Source: Polyangia bacterium (GTDB taxonomy: Bacteria > Myxococcota_A > Polyangia > JAAYKL01). Taken from it: DNA of 31,370 nt. The notes under the pieces are model-generated. The model made no database searches, had not been told where the DNA came from, and was given only the letters and a program-made list of their open reading frames with translations. The stretch lies in assembly GCA_050287845.1 (NCBI GenBank), contig JBNKCR010000052.1, positions 1-31,370 of the forward strand, in the 5' to 3' direction. Of this stretch, positions 8,787 to 19,169 are shown in pieces. Both the position numbers and the translations under genes were made by a program. Within the stretch, counting starts at the first letter, position 1, and the number at the start of each line of letters is the position of its first letter.

Positions 8787-10133
8787 ATGTTTCCACTGCA
8801 CTCTGAAAGTTCCGATTTTTCAGATTTACCCATCACAAGAGATGTATCCAGACTGTCGTGGGTGATAGTGCTCCGGGTGGTGATTATTTCTGCGCTGCTC
8901 GGCGCTACGATTGCGCTGAACCAGAGCATCGACGAGATGCTCGGCACATCCACCAGATTTCTGCTGCTGTTAATCGTCAGTACCTACGCGCTCACCATTG
9001 TGTACGCCATCTGGTACAAGTGGAATAAACATCTGACGACCCTCGGGTATGTGCAGTTTTTCACCGATGCGCTCCTGTTTGGGGCCCTGACCTATGTGAC
9101 CGGGGGGGTGACGTCGGGGTTCACGTTTCTGTTTCATCTGTGGGTGATTGTATCCGTCGTTTCAATGGGAAAGCGCGCGGGATTCATTCAGGCCACCATT
9201 TCCGCATTGATGATCCTGCTGGTGGGCATCATCATGGAAGTGACAGCGATATCCCCAATGCCGGAACTGTCGATGCCCTCCTCAACTCCAGGCACCACGT
9301 TGTATGCATTGGTGGTGAATGTCATCAGCCTGTATGTGGTGGCGTTTCTGGTAAATATTCTGGCCGCGCGATTGGAGCACGCCGGCGAAGGACTTCAGAA
9401 AGAACGCGCACAGAAAGAAGAACTGGCCCTGAAGCTGGAGCACGCCGAAAGACTGGCCGCGCTCGGCGAGTTGGCGGCGACGCTGGCTCACGAAATCCGC
9501 AATCCGCTCAGCGCGGTATCCGGTTCTTTTCAGATGATGAAAAGTGGACTGTCTCTCAGTGAGGATGACGCGGCGCTTTCGTCAATCATTGAGCGGGAGC
9601 TGGAGCGAATGGGGCGCCTGGTTGCTGATATTCTGGAGTATGCCCGGCCGCGGGAAGCAGAACTCTACCCATTGGATGTGTCGAGACTCTGCAATGAGAC
9701 GGCGACTGGATTCGATGCGGGCATCCGACACCGTGGCATTGTGTTCGAGATGCATGTGGCCGGAGACATCTGGTGCATCGGTGATACCAATCAACTCCGG
9801 CAGGTACTCTGGAACCTGCTGGTCAACGCTTCCCAGGCGGTTTCCGACGATGGGGGAGTTATCTGCCTGACGCTTCGCCAGGTGGACAACACCATTTTTC
9901 TGGAAGTTGCGGACAATGGTCCGGGAGTGCCGGTGGGTCTCCGAAATCGGATTTACGAAGCGTTTTTCAGCACGCGGGAGAGGGGAATGGGGCTGGGACT
10001 GGCCCTCAGTCAACGGATTATCTCCGCCCATGGCGGGGCGATGGAAGTGCTGGATTCTCATCTTGGTGGCGCGCTTTTCCTGCTGAAGCTGCCCGCATCT
10101 GACCGCGGTGGACGGGACTCCGGCGACGCCTGA
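8787..10133 (+). CDS. pilS: PilS-like membrane sensor histidine kinase
   Basis: About six TM helices with a TGG..S.F motif, H-box LAHEIRNPL, QVLWNLLVNA, DNGPG, G.GLGL. Directly follows pilC. Confidence 0.75.
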   Translation: MFPLHSESSDFSDLPITRDVSRLSWVIVLRVVIISALLGATIALNQSIDEMLGTSTRFLLLLIVSTYALTIVYAIWYKWNKHLTTLGYVQFFTDALLFGALTYVTGGVTSGFTFLFHLWVIVSVVSMGKRAGFIQATISALMILLVGIIMEVTAISPMPELSMPSSTPGTTLYALVVNVISLYVVAFLVNILAARLEHAGEGLQKERAQKEELALKLEHAERLAALGELAATLAHEIRNPLSAVSGSFQMMKSGLSLSEDDAALSSIIERELERMGRLVADILEYARPREAELYPLDVSRLCNETATGFDAGIRHRGIVFEMHVAGDIWCIGDTNQLRQVLWNLLVNASQAVSDDGGVICLTLRQVDNTIFLEVADNGPGVPVGLRNRIYEAFFSTRERGMGLGLALSQRIISAHGGAMEVLDSHLGGALFLLKLPASDRGGRDSGDA

Positions 10134-10177
10134 CAGAACCACTGGTTTTTTGGCGCATAATGTGAGAAGAGGTGGGT

Positions 10178-12067
10178 ATGCGTGTAAGAGTTGTTCTACT
10201 TTTTATCTGTGTACTTTTCATTTCAGGATGTCCTTCCGACGTCGTTACTCCCATCGTTGCACCGGTGCCCCGGAAAGCGGCGTCACCGGAAGCTGAAATT
10301 CTTTATCGGGAGGCCACGAACCAATACGACGCGAAAAATCTGGACGAAGCTGACCGGATGTTCGCGGAGTTCGAAAGGCAATATGGGAACGACCCGTTGA
10401 TGGAGCAGGTGCTGCTTTTCCGGGGGAAAATTGCCATGGAACAGCGCCGTCCCGATGATGCGAAACCCCTTTTTGAAAGGCTGTTGCAGCTTTCATCCGC
10501 ATCATCCCATGGCGACTATGCGTCGATGTATCTTGGATTGATTGCCTTTCAGCAGGGAAACGCAGAGGACGCTGTCCATTATCTGCAACCCCTCGCCGGT
10601 CGTTTCGCTGACCGGAACGACAATCTGGCGGTGCTGCGAACCCTCTGGGAGTCGTATTTCAATCTTGAGCAATATTCAGAGATGCTGGTGTGGATGGAGG
10701 AATATCTCCAGGCCGGTCCAGCGGCGGCGAATCGGGATGTCGCGCAAACCACAGCGCGGAATGTGGTTGGCGGACTGACGCTTCCGGAGCTGCAGCGGGT
10801 GGCCACGCAGATGAATCAGAAGGGGGTTGTCTGGACACTGGTCACCGCGCAGATTGCCCGCATTCAACTGGAGAGTCAGCAATTTGATGCGGCTATGGAA
10901 ACCGCGGAGAGCATCCGGGATTCGGGGATGGAAAATGCGTCTCTGGTGGCGGATGTGCTGGAACTGGTGGAGAGCCGCAATCGCGTGGACATGACAAAGG
11001 TGGGGTGTCTTCTACCCCTGTCCGGGAAAATGCGGCTGGTGGGAGAGGAAGCGAAAAAGGGAATATTGCTGGCGTCCGGGCAGGGCGGTTTTGCACGGGG
11101 AAACGCGCCACTGACGGTGATATTGCGGGATACGGCAAATACTGAACAGACCCTCGAAGCCACGGTGGAGGAACTGGTATTGACCCAGCAGGTGGCGGCG
11201 ATTGTCGGTCCCATGGATGCGGTGGTGTCCAGACAGGCCGCACAGAAGGCGCAGCAGTTGGGGGTTCCGATGATTGTGCTGTCAACCGATGACAGGCTGG
11301 GCGAGATGGGCAACTTTATTTTCAGAAAGTTTGCATCCAACCAGAGCGAAATTGAAGCCCTGGTGCGGGCGGCCGGGAGCGAACTGCAGCTGCGGGAGAT
11401 TTCGGCGAATTCCGCGCGGTACGCCACCCTGTATCCGGAAAACGGGTACGGCAAGCTCATGAACCGGATTTTCGAACAGCAGCTGGAAACCCGAAGCAGG
11501 GCAGTGGCGTCGGTGCCTTTCCCGCCAGAGATGCGGGATTTCAACCATGTGGCGATTTCTCTGACCCAGCGGGAATTTGATGTGCTGCTGCTGCCGATGA
11601 CCTCGCAACAGCTCGCCCTGGCCGCGCCGGCCCTTGCTGCGGCGGGCATCTGGCCGTCGTTACCGGGCACCGACGATGAGTCGTCGCGCACCGCCGTGTA
11701 TCTTGTGCCGTCGGTGGGGTATTCCCCATCGCTGGTTTCCCGGGCAGGCAGGTACCTCCAGGGAGCGTATTTTGTGCGCGATTTCACCGCTGACACGGAG
11801 AGTTCATCGGTATCCATTTTTATCCGGGAGTTCAGCAATACTTACAAAACGCCTCCCTCGGTGTATGCGGGATACGGATATGATGCCATGTTGCTGATTC
11901 AGCGGGCGATTCAGTCCGGCGTGACCAGTCGAAGTGCGTTGCGGACATGGCTGGATGAAGTGGTATCCGCCGCCGGGCTGGTGTATCCGTTTGAAGGGTT
12001 CGATTCGGAGGGGAATGCCGTGGCCCTGCCGATGGTGCGCTCTCTTTCGGGAACGGAACTCAGGTGA
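10178..12067 (+). CDS. TPR plus periplasmic-binding-protein lipoprotein (LpoA/LppC-like penicillin-binding protein activator)
   Basis: Lipobox ISGC, N-terminal TPR-like helices, VGCLLPLSG...IVGP...YPENGYG...GYDA. Confidence 0.75.
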   Translation: MRVRVVLLFICVLFISGCPSDVVTPIVAPVPRKAASPEAEILYREATNQYDAKNLDEADRMFAEFERQYGNDPLMEQVLLFRGKIAMEQRRPDDAKPLFERLLQLSSASSHGDYASMYLGLIAFQQGNAEDAVHYLQPLAGRFADRNDNLAVLRTLWESYFNLEQYSEMLVWMEEYLQAGPAAANRDVAQTTARNVVGGLTLPELQRVATQMNQKGVVWTLVTAQIARIQLESQQFDAAMETAESIRDSGMENASLVADVLELVESRNRVDMTKVGCLLPLSGKMRLVGEEAKKGILLASGQGGFARGNAPLTVILRDTANTEQTLEATVEELVLTQQVAAIVGPMDAVVSRQAAQKAQQLGVPMIVLSTDDRLGEMGNFIFRKFASNQSEIEALVRAAGSELQLREISANSARYATLYPENGYGKLMNRIFEQQLETRSRAVASVPFPPEMRDFNHVAISLTQREFDVLLLPMTSQQLALAAPALAAAGIWPSLPGTDDESSRTAVYLVPSVGYSPSLVSRAGRYLQGAYFVRDFTADTESSSVSIFIREFSNTYKTPPSVYAGYGYDAMLLIQRAIQSGVTSRSALRTWLDEVVSAAGLVYPFEGFDSEGNAVALPMVRSLSGTELR

Positions 12068-12071
12068 AGCG

Positions 12072-13223
12072 ATGAACGGGCACCAACTGGAGGAAAAGCT
12101 TCTGACCAAACATATGGTGGTGTGCGTTGGCCCCGGCGGTGTCGGGAAAACCACGTTCGCGGCGGCATTGGCTGTCCGCGCTGCCCATATGGGCCGGCGG
12201 GTGGCCTGTCTGACCATCGATCCCGCCAGACGGCTCGGGGATATTCTGGGGTTCGAAACCGATGGTACCGATGATGACGCAGAACAGTCGAAGGCGGCCA
12301 TGGGAAGCGATGCGCTTCACGATGTGACGTCATTGATTGCGTCCAGGGGCGGTAAGGGTACCCTCCATGTGGGAATGCTCGATGCCCAGCGGACCTTCGA
12401 TGCAGTGGTGAGAAAGCGTTCATCTTCCGCGGAGCGGGCAGAACGAATTCTGAATAACCGGCTGTATCGCTATGTCTCGGGGTCCCTGAGCGGTCTGCAG
12501 GAATACATGGCGCTGGAGCGACTGTGTCAGCTGCAGGAAAACACCGCGTACGATTTTATTGTGCTCGACACGCCACCGTCGGACAATGTGGTGGACTTCT
12601 TTGCGGCGCCGACACGGATGCGCGAAGCACTGGCCGGCCCACTGGTTCGAATGATGCGCAGCGTGTATGGCGGTCAGGGCGCTCCCGGCCTGGATTTTCT
12701 GGGGAAGTGGGCCTTTGGGGTCTTTAATGTATTGTCCAGAATCACCGGTGCGTCGTTGCTCGACGAAATCGTGGCGTTCGTGGAGGCGTTGTCTGATTTG
12801 TTCGGGACATTTTCGGAGCGCGCAGACCAGATTGAAACCATGCTCAAAAGCACGGATGTCGAAGTCCTGATGATTACCCGTCCCGACAGCGCTTCCGCCA
12901 ATGAAACCGCTGACCTGCAGGGCATTCTGGAAAAGAGTGGATTCCATGTGGACGGTCTCGTGTTAAATCAGTGCACCTATCCCGAGATAACCGGGGAAAT
13001 TCCCGCAGATGTCTGCGAACCCTGTCGGTCGGAGATGGCGGCGCTCAACAGGAACTGGAACAGGGTGTATCAGAAGGAGAAGGCCGTCATTTCAGAGGTG
13101 GTGGACAACGCGGGATTTCGATGTGTATGCCTGATTCCATTGCTGCCGTTCAACCGGAACCGCCTGGACATGTTGTTTCATATCTGGCGTTCGCTGACCC
13201 CGATTAAAAGTCCGGACCTCTGA
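12072..13223 (+). CDS. ArsA/GET3-family ATPase
   Basis: GPGGVGKTT, TIDPARRL, YDFIVLDTPP. Confidence 0.85.
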   Translation: MNGHQLEEKLLTKHMVVCVGPGGVGKTTFAAALAVRAAHMGRRVACLTIDPARRLGDILGFETDGTDDDAEQSKAAMGSDALHDVTSLIASRGGKGTLHVGMLDAQRTFDAVVRKRSSSAERAERILNNRLYRYVSGSLSGLQEYMALERLCQLQENTAYDFIVLDTPPSDNVVDFFAAPTRMREALAGPLVRMMRSVYGGQGAPGLDFLGKWAFGVFNVLSRITGASLLDEIVAFVEALSDLFGTFSERADQIETMLKSTDVEVLMITRPDSASANETADLQGILEKSGFHVDGLVLNQCTYPEITGEIPADVCEPCRSEMAALNRNWNRVYQKEKAVISEVVDNAGFRCVCLIPLLPFNRNRLDMLFHIWRSLTPIKSPDL

Positions 13224-13249
13224 CGAATGGCGGGGGGGGGATGCAGTTA

Positions 13250-14251
13250 TCACTCGTACTTTCGGACTCTCACCACCGGACGCTGATTGAACTCAACGGT
13301 GAACTGAAACAGAAACTTTACCAGACCGTCGGTTTCGTTAATCAGTCCTTCCGGCACATTGGGAAATGGCGCTGCTTTTTTAATTGCGTCAATGGCTTCC
13401 TGGTCGAGAAACGATGCGCCACTGGGTTTCTTTGTGTACAGATGATGAATCTGTCCATTCCGGTTGAGCACCACGAGGAGTGTGGTGACCCGGTCTTTCT
13501 GGCCAATCAGTTTGGCTTCCGGATCATTCTTTTCCATGGCATGGTCAGGGCGCCAGAACTGCTCCACCATTTTCTGCACTCTCGAAAAAAACGATGCATG
13601 CCTGAATGCTCTGGAGTTGAGTGAGGTCTGATTGCCTTCTTCAAGGTCTCCCAAATCTGCAAGACCGCTCCCGGTAATTGCGGAAGAAAGGGTTTCTTTA
13701 TCCGGGCGAAGTTTGAGTGGCGGAAGCGGTTCCGGTTCTCCCTGGGTCAATGATGCACTCAGCCCGGAATAACTGGCCGACACCTCTGGTGCACTTGTTT
13801 TCTCTTTCATTTCCTCTGCCAGATTACCGGAAGCAGACAGCGCTGGCGGGCTGATTTGCGGATTGCCGGCCGCTTCAGGGGCTAGACGACGTCCCATTCC
13901 TTTTTTGCGGGTTTCCCTGCGGGTGCTTGAGCCGCTTGACGAAAGAAATTTTGTGGCGGTGGGCGACGGCGCTGAATTGCGGTTTTCCGGTGTCGCCACC
14001 ATGGCGTTTTCATCCAAATCGGCCAGGTCATCTTCTTCGTGCGCCTGATCTTTGCCTCTGGACCACAGGTCAACCGAGAGGGCCTCATCAGAAGCCTGCT
14101 GTTTTTCGTTGCTCAGAATGAAAGAAAGAATCAATGGCAGCAGCGCCAGATGAATCAATGCCGCCACCACCAGAAAAAATGGCAGGGTATTCTGTCTGGA
14201 AGCGAGGCGGTCAATCATCCGCCGCGCAGATGGGCTGAGTCTATTGGTCAT
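13250..14251 (-). CDS. TonB C-terminal domain protein (energy transducer TonB-like)
   Basis: Single TM helix (AALIHLALL), a low-complexity linker and a C-terminal SGASFLDQEAIDAIKKAAPFPNVP. Confidence 0.8.
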   Translation of the reverse strand: MTNRLSPSARRMIDRLASRQNTLPFFLVVAALIHLALLPLILSFILSNEKQQASDEALSVDLWSRGKDQAHEEDDLADLDENAMVATPENRNSAPSPTATKFLSSSGSSTRRETRKKGMGRRLAPEAAGNPQISPPALSASGNLAEEMKEKTSAPEVSASYSGLSASLTQGEPEPLPPLKLRPDKETLSSAITGSGLADLGDLEEGNQTSLNSRAFRHASFFSRVQKMVEQFWRPDHAMEKNDPEAKLIGQKDRVTTLLVVLNRNGQIHHLYTKKPSGASFLDQEAIDAIKKAAPFPNVPEGLINETDGLVKFLFQFTVEFNQRPVVRVRKYE

Positions 14252-14368
14252 ACGTTCATCTGAAACTCAATATCCATATTGTACAACAAAGCACAAATGT
14301 AAAGTAGGGGAGGAACTCTGTGTCGGGGGGGGGTATCGGGTTCCGGGTCTTTTATGATTTCCGCGTGG

Positions 14369-14452
14369 GGACGTTGCATGCAGCACCCGGGTTTGGCATG
14401 TAGCGCCCGGGTTTGGCATGTAGCGCCCGGGTTTTGCATGCCAAACCCCTAC
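14369..14452. repeat. Three ~20-bp tandem units (gcatgtagcgcccgggtttg) within a REP-like palindrome
   Basis: Units at 14376-14435. gggtttggcatg can pair with catgccaaaccc, and the minus-strand end GTAGGGG overlaps the OmpA TAG stop. Confidence 0.8.
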
Positions 14453-16479
14453 GGGCTGTCTTCAAAAACGATGGGGGCGGGAACAATTCCTTTTTGCTCT
14501 GACAGGTCGCAGCCGCGGCGGGCGCCGGTGGGCATGCCGGCAGTGACCAGCACCTTGAATTCCACACGACGGTTCTTTTCATTGATGGCGTCGGTATTGC
14601 CTTCTTCCACAGGGCAATACTCGCCGTATCCCTGAGAAATGATGCTCTTTTCCTTCACCCCTTTGCTCAGCAGATATCGTTTTACCGATGCGGCCCGGTC
14701 TTCAGTGAGACGCAGGTTGTAGGCATCGCTGCCATTCTGGTCCGCGTGACCACCGATTTCCACCAGCTCGATTTGCGGATTGTTTTTGATGGTTTCTGCC
14801 ACCGCATTCAGAATGTCATAGGATACTTTCTTGATATTGGCGGAGTCATACTCAAAATACACTTTTTTCAGAATCCGAATGCTGTCTCCCTGCAGAATGA
14901 CGTCTCCCTGGTCCGGGCAGCCATCTTCGTCTTCCTTCCCGTTGTACACCTCCGGATTGTCCGGACACTTGTCCACCACATCCAGAATGCGATCCTTGTC
15001 GTTGTCGGGATCGGGGCATCCGTTCTTGTCTTCGAAGCCGTCAATGTCCTCGGGATCGTTGGGACACTCGTCGTGGATGTCCAGAATGCCATCCTTGTCG
15101 TTGTCCACATCCGGGCATCCATCCTTGTCTTCGAAATCATCGTGGTCCTCGGGATTGTCCGGGCATCTGTCATTTTCGTCCAGAATGCCATCGCCGTCTC
15201 TGTCCTGATCGTTCTTCTCCGGGCAGCCATCCTGGTCTTCCACACCGTCGGCATCTTCGGGAATCAGCGTACACATGTCCTGCCAGTCCAGAATACCGTC
15301 CATGTCGTTGTCCGGTTCCGGGCATCCGTCCGAATCCAGAAATTCGTCGTAGTCTTCCGGGTCCAGCGGGCACTGATCAATGTCGTCCTTAATACCGTCT
15401 TTATCTTTATCGCCAATGCTGGGCTCGTAGGCAAACCCTAAAAACACCCGCTGTTCCAGCGCCTCATACCCATACCCCGGGTTTTTGGAGCGTTTTCCCG
15501 AAAGGGGCAGACCGTGGGAGTATCCGGCCATCAGATACGAACTTTCCTCAATGTACATCTTGAAACCGGCGTTGGCCTCCACCGACAGGTATTCGGGGGT
15601 GCCAATTTCAGAAAGCAACTGGGAACCATACACTTCCAGCACAAAATCCATCACCCCGGGCCAGAACGCAAAGCTGTTACCGAGCCCAAAGTTGGCCTGT
15701 GGTCCGTTTTTAAAAAGCAGGGCGCCGTGTTGCCTGCGAACAGCCGGATCATTGTTCAGGGCAAATTCCCGGGACGCATAGTTGTTCACCGTTTTGAGCG
15801 CGCCCAGGGGCAGATGCACCCCAATATTGAGGGCCACCCGGTACCGCTCCGATCGGGTTTGCGCATCCACAATCAATTTCGAACGGAATACACCGCCTCT
15901 GGGCGACCCCATGATGTATTTGGCATCCCCGGTGGGAATGTTGTACTGAAAGATGGTGGATAAACCAATAGGGTGTCTGTCTGCGCGAATCCAGCGAAGT
16001 TTGGCGTGAACGCTGATGTCGCCGATTTTTCCGGATGTGGACCACGCGGCCCGGGTCGGGTCCCCCAGGTTGTCGTAGCCGTTGAAAACATAGCCGGAAG
16101 GGAGCGCAATGGGAATGCCCGCGCCGAACACAAACATGTCTTTGTATCCCCAGTTGGCAATGAGGATTGAGTGCAGGTACACATTGGTCAGCGTGTCTCT
16201 GTAAGCCGCTTTGGTTTTCAGTTCCGGGGCAAACCAGCCGTTGAAACCGAAGTTCATTGTCAGAGAAAGCGAAATGGCCCGGTGGGGAAGAATGCCGCTG
16301 CCATCGACGGTGAAGTGACCCTTGGTATCAATGGCGGAGCGAAACAGGCGCAGGTCCGCACCGTAGTTTTCTGTCTTCTGAAGAAGTGGCCGATCTGCCA
16401 TTGCGAATGAGGTGGCAATCAGGACGGCAATGAAAATACTGAAAAGAACCGTTGGAAAGCTCGCCTGTTTTGAACCCAT
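14449..16479 (-). CDS. OmpA-family outer-membrane protein with beta-barrel, thrombospondin type-3 repeats and OmpA peptidoglycan-binding domain (TraB-like architecture)
   Basis: Signal peptide, five DxDxDGIxDxxDxCP..PED.D.FED.DGCP-type repeats, then VYFEYDS...GHAD..GSDAYNL.L..RA..V...GYGE...NRRVEF. Confidence 0.9.
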   Translation of the reverse strand: MGSKQASFPTVLFSIFIAVLIATSFAMADRPLLQKTENYGADLRLFRSAIDTKGHFTVDGSGILPHRAISLSLTMNFGFNGWFAPELKTKAAYRDTLTNVYLHSILIANWGYKDMFVFGAGIPIALPSGYVFNGYDNLGDPTRAAWSTSGKIGDISVHAKLRWIRADRHPIGLSTIFQYNIPTGDAKYIMGSPRGGVFRSKLIVDAQTRSERYRVALNIGVHLPLGALKTVNNYASREFALNNDPAVRRQHGALLFKNGPQANFGLGNSFAFWPGVMDFVLEVYGSQLLSEIGTPEYLSVEANAGFKMYIEESSYLMAGYSHGLPLSGKRSKNPGYGYEALEQRVFLGFAYEPSIGDKDKDGIKDDIDQCPLDPEDYDEFLDSDGCPEPDNDMDGILDWQDMCTLIPEDADGVEDQDGCPEKNDQDRDGDGILDENDRCPDNPEDHDDFEDKDGCPDVDNDKDGILDIHDECPNDPEDIDGFEDKNGCPDPDNDKDRILDVVDKCPDNPEVYNGKEDEDGCPDQGDVILQGDSIRILKKVYFEYDSANIKKVSYDILNAVAETIKNNPQIELVEIGGHADQNGSDAYNLRLTEDRAASVKRYLLSKGVKEKSIISQGYGEYCPVEEGNTDAINEKNRRVEFKVLVTAGMPTGARRGCDLSEQKGIVPAPIVFEDSP

Positions 16480-17040
16480 TTTTGAACCCCTTTTTTGTTC
16501 CGGTACCCAAACGCTGGAACGGTTGTAAGCCCCGCTGTTTTTTCGTCGCCTGTCATTATTGAACCTGAATAAAGAACAGGGCTGTATCGTCGAACAACCG
16601 TTTTTGCAATAATGACTGCGTGCTAAAAAAATGGTCTTAAATTTTAACCATATAATTATAGGAAAATATATTCAAATGGCCAAAAAAATGGCGTTGTGCA
16701 CCGGTATTTGGCTAAAGGAGGTGATTGAAGACAAATATTTTTGCTTTTTTCAAAATATGATTATTATTCCGTCATGTCTTACATGTCTTACAAGCTTAGC
16801 CCGCCCGAAACTCCCGGAAAAACTGAATCGCAATTTATCACTTTGTCGACCGATAAATGTGTACGGAATTGCGCGACAGGTAGGTATTTTTCCATTCTCA
16901 CAACAAAAAACAGATGCATACTTGAACTGCCCCAATAACAGGGTTAAAACTTGTGGACCAATGAAAGGTAACTGCAAGCAAAGCCAATGATGTGCAAGGG
17001 TGCCGTTGGCTCATCCAATTTCCTTAAGGAGGAAGTGTTT

Positions 17041-18528
17041 ATGACAAAGCAAAAAAAAATTAAAAAGGCGTTAATCGTCATCATGACCGTCCTGATGGCA
17101 GGGTTTCTCTCCGGCGGCGCCTGTGAGGACAAAGTAAATGATGCCAGTGAAGCAGCTTGTGGCGCATGTCCAACTCTGGAAGGCGGCGGCGCTGACTTTA
17201 CGGGGGATGCCCGTGTGGACGGTCTGTTCAGAGCCATTGGCACCCTGAAAGCATCCACTGGCAGCATCCGCGCCAATTTCGATGCCGAAATTATGACACT
17301 CGGTGAAGTGTTCGGCGTGGACGTGTCCGGTATGGGCACAGCAGCGGCTGTCGCAGCGGTAAAAGGCGCCATTGAAGCGGACATCAATGCCCATGTGGAA
17401 GGTGGCGTGGCTGGCGGTCTGTCTGTGGACTTCCAGAAACCCAAATGTACCGCCAATGCCGAGTTGGCTGTCGAAGCATCTGCGGAGTGTCAGGTAGACG
17501 CGGGTTGTGAAATCAGCGCCGAGTGCGAAGCTGGCGAAGTAAATGTAAAATGTGAAGGTCAGTGCTCCGGCTCTTGTGAAGGCGGTTGTGATGCTGGTTC
17601 TATCCCGCAGTGCACTGTGGCACTTTCTGCTTCCGGCGAATGTTCCGGCACCTGCGAAGGATCCTGCGAAGTATCCGGTCCCCAGCTCACTTGCGAGGGC
17701 GAATGCTCCGGTTCCTGTACGGTTGAAGCGGGTATGCGTTGCGAAGGTACTTGCGAAGGAAATTGTACGGGTACCTGCGACGGCAGTACCGCCGACGGCG
17801 TCGCCTGTGAAGGCAAGTGCGAAGGTCAGTGCGATGCGGCATGTACCATTCAGGGGTCTGGCAAATGCGAAGGTACCTGCAACGGTTCCTGTGAATACAC
17901 TCCGGCCAACGGTTCCTGTGAAGGTTCCTGCAAAGGCGAGTGTAAAGTGGAAGTTGAAGCCAACGCAACCTGTGAAGGTGGCAAGGCTCCCAGTTGTAAG
18001 GGTTCCTGCTCCGGTTCCTGCTCTGGTTCCTGCGAAGGCAACGTAACTCCGCCTTCCTGCTCTGCAGAAGGATCCTGCAGCGCCAAAGCTGATTGTGAAG
18101 CCTCTGCCTCTGCCGAAGCCAATGCCAGCCTGGAATGTACACCGCCTTCTCTCGCCATCAACTACTCGTTGAAAGCAGACCTCGAAGCGGGTGCAGATGC
18201 GAGTGCTGCTGCCAACTTCAAAGCCAGAATGGAAATTTTCAAAAAATCCATGATGAATATCGCTCAGGGCGCCTTCAAAATGAAAGCCCTTGTAACTGGC
18301 GACGCTTCTCTCGGCATCGAAGCGCCGGTTGTAACAATCGGTACTCAGATGAAGGCCGTTGGTCAGGCGTTCATTCGTGGTGACCTGAATATCGATATTC
18401 CGGTATTCCGCATCAATTGTGCCACCGCCGCTATTAACGGCGCAGCTGGCGCGCTGAACGGCATTAAGGCTGATGTTCAGGCCACTGTAAAAGGTCAGGC
18501 GGATATGCTGACGATTCTCAAACTGTAG
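17041..18528 (+). CDS. Cysteine-rich repeat lipoprotein
   Basis: RBS AAGGAGG, signal peptide ending GGAC, and a central run of C-x-G-x-C-x-G-x-C repeats flanked by helical regions. Confidence 0.85.
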   Translation: MTKQKKIKKALIVIMTVLMAGFLSGGACEDKVNDASEAACGACPTLEGGGADFTGDARVDGLFRAIGTLKASTGSIRANFDAEIMTLGEVFGVDVSGMGTAAAVAAVKGAIEADINAHVEGGVAGGLSVDFQKPKCTANAELAVEASAECQVDAGCEISAECEAGEVNVKCEGQCSGSCEGGCDAGSIPQCTVALSASGECSGTCEGSCEVSGPQLTCEGECSGSCTVEAGMRCEGTCEGNCTGTCDGSTADGVACEGKCEGQCDAACTIQGSGKCEGTCNGSCEYTPANGSCEGSCKGECKVEVEANATCEGGKAPSCKGSCSGSCSGSCEGNVTPPSCSAEGSCSAKADCEASASAEANASLECTPPSLAINYSLKADLEAGADASAAANFKARMEIFKKSMMNIAQGAFKMKALVTGDASLGIEAPVVTIGTQMKAVGQAFIRGDLNIDIPVFRINCATAAINGAAGALNGIKADVQATVKGQADMLTILKL

Positions 18529-18555
18529 TCATCAGCTGATGTAATTACATCAATT

Positions 18556-18592
18556 ACCGCCGGTCGGGCTCTCCTGATCGGCGGTTTTTTTT
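18556..18592 (+). terminator. Rho-independent terminator
   Basis: accgccggtcggg-ctct-cctgatcggcggt stem followed by a T tract, just after the Cys-rich gene. Confidence 0.85.
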
Positions 18593-18639
18593 ATTCATTT
18601 TGCCCGGTAAAAACGACAATTCAGTGAGCATTTCCAAAT

Positions 18640-18830
18640 AACTTTACAAAGTAAAAATGGTTTTCTTAAGCGTGAACAAGTCATTTCAATATGTAAAAAT
18701 GCAAAAAAAATGGTCTACCTGTGCCATTTCAACATGCAAAAACTGCTTTCCTAAGCGTGAACAAGTCATTTCAACATGTAAAAATGCAAAAAAAATGGTC
18801 TACCAGTGTCATTTTACTTTTCCAAAATGC
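18640..18830. repeat. AT-rich tandem array, ~42.5-bp subunit with an 85-bp higher-order repeat
   Basis: AAAATG/AAACTG at 18654, 18696, 18740, 18781 and 18824. taagcgtgaacaagtcatttcaa at 18667 and 18752. Confidence 0.85.
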
Positions 18831-18860
18831 TTTCCCAAAGCATATCTAAAACACTTTTCC

Positions 18861-19130
18861 GTACGGGCAGGCTGCCGTGCCCGCCCTTCTTTCCCCCATA
18901 CATCCACCCCCGGGATCACGGAGCTCCAGCTCCGCCAGTGCAGCGGAGAAGTTGCATGCAACGTCTCTACGAAGCATGAATTGTATCAAATAGCCGCAAT
19001 TGTATTGGGGGTTAAAGAGCAGACGTGGGTGCGGTTCTGTGTGAAGGAGATTTTACCAGGCCGGTGAGAATAAACCTTTTATGCGACGAATTGTGCCCAA
19101 ATGGTAAGGGCGAAAAATTTTTCGTCCCTA
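18861..19130. repeat. Cluster of REP-like palindromes
   Basis: gtacgggcaggctgccgtgcccg (18861), ccgggatcacggagctccagctccgc (~18910), gttgcatgcaacgtctctac (18951), gtaagggcgaaaaatttttcgtcccta (19104). Confidence 0.7.
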
Positions 19131-19169
19131 TATGACATTTCGAAATAATCCCACGTTGTCGGGGCCAAA

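Noticed and set aside
18640..18830. Mini-CRISPR, or the CDS predicted at 18657-19067
   Set aside because: The spacers repeat alternately rather than being unique. The ORF is a translation of repeat and REP sequence.
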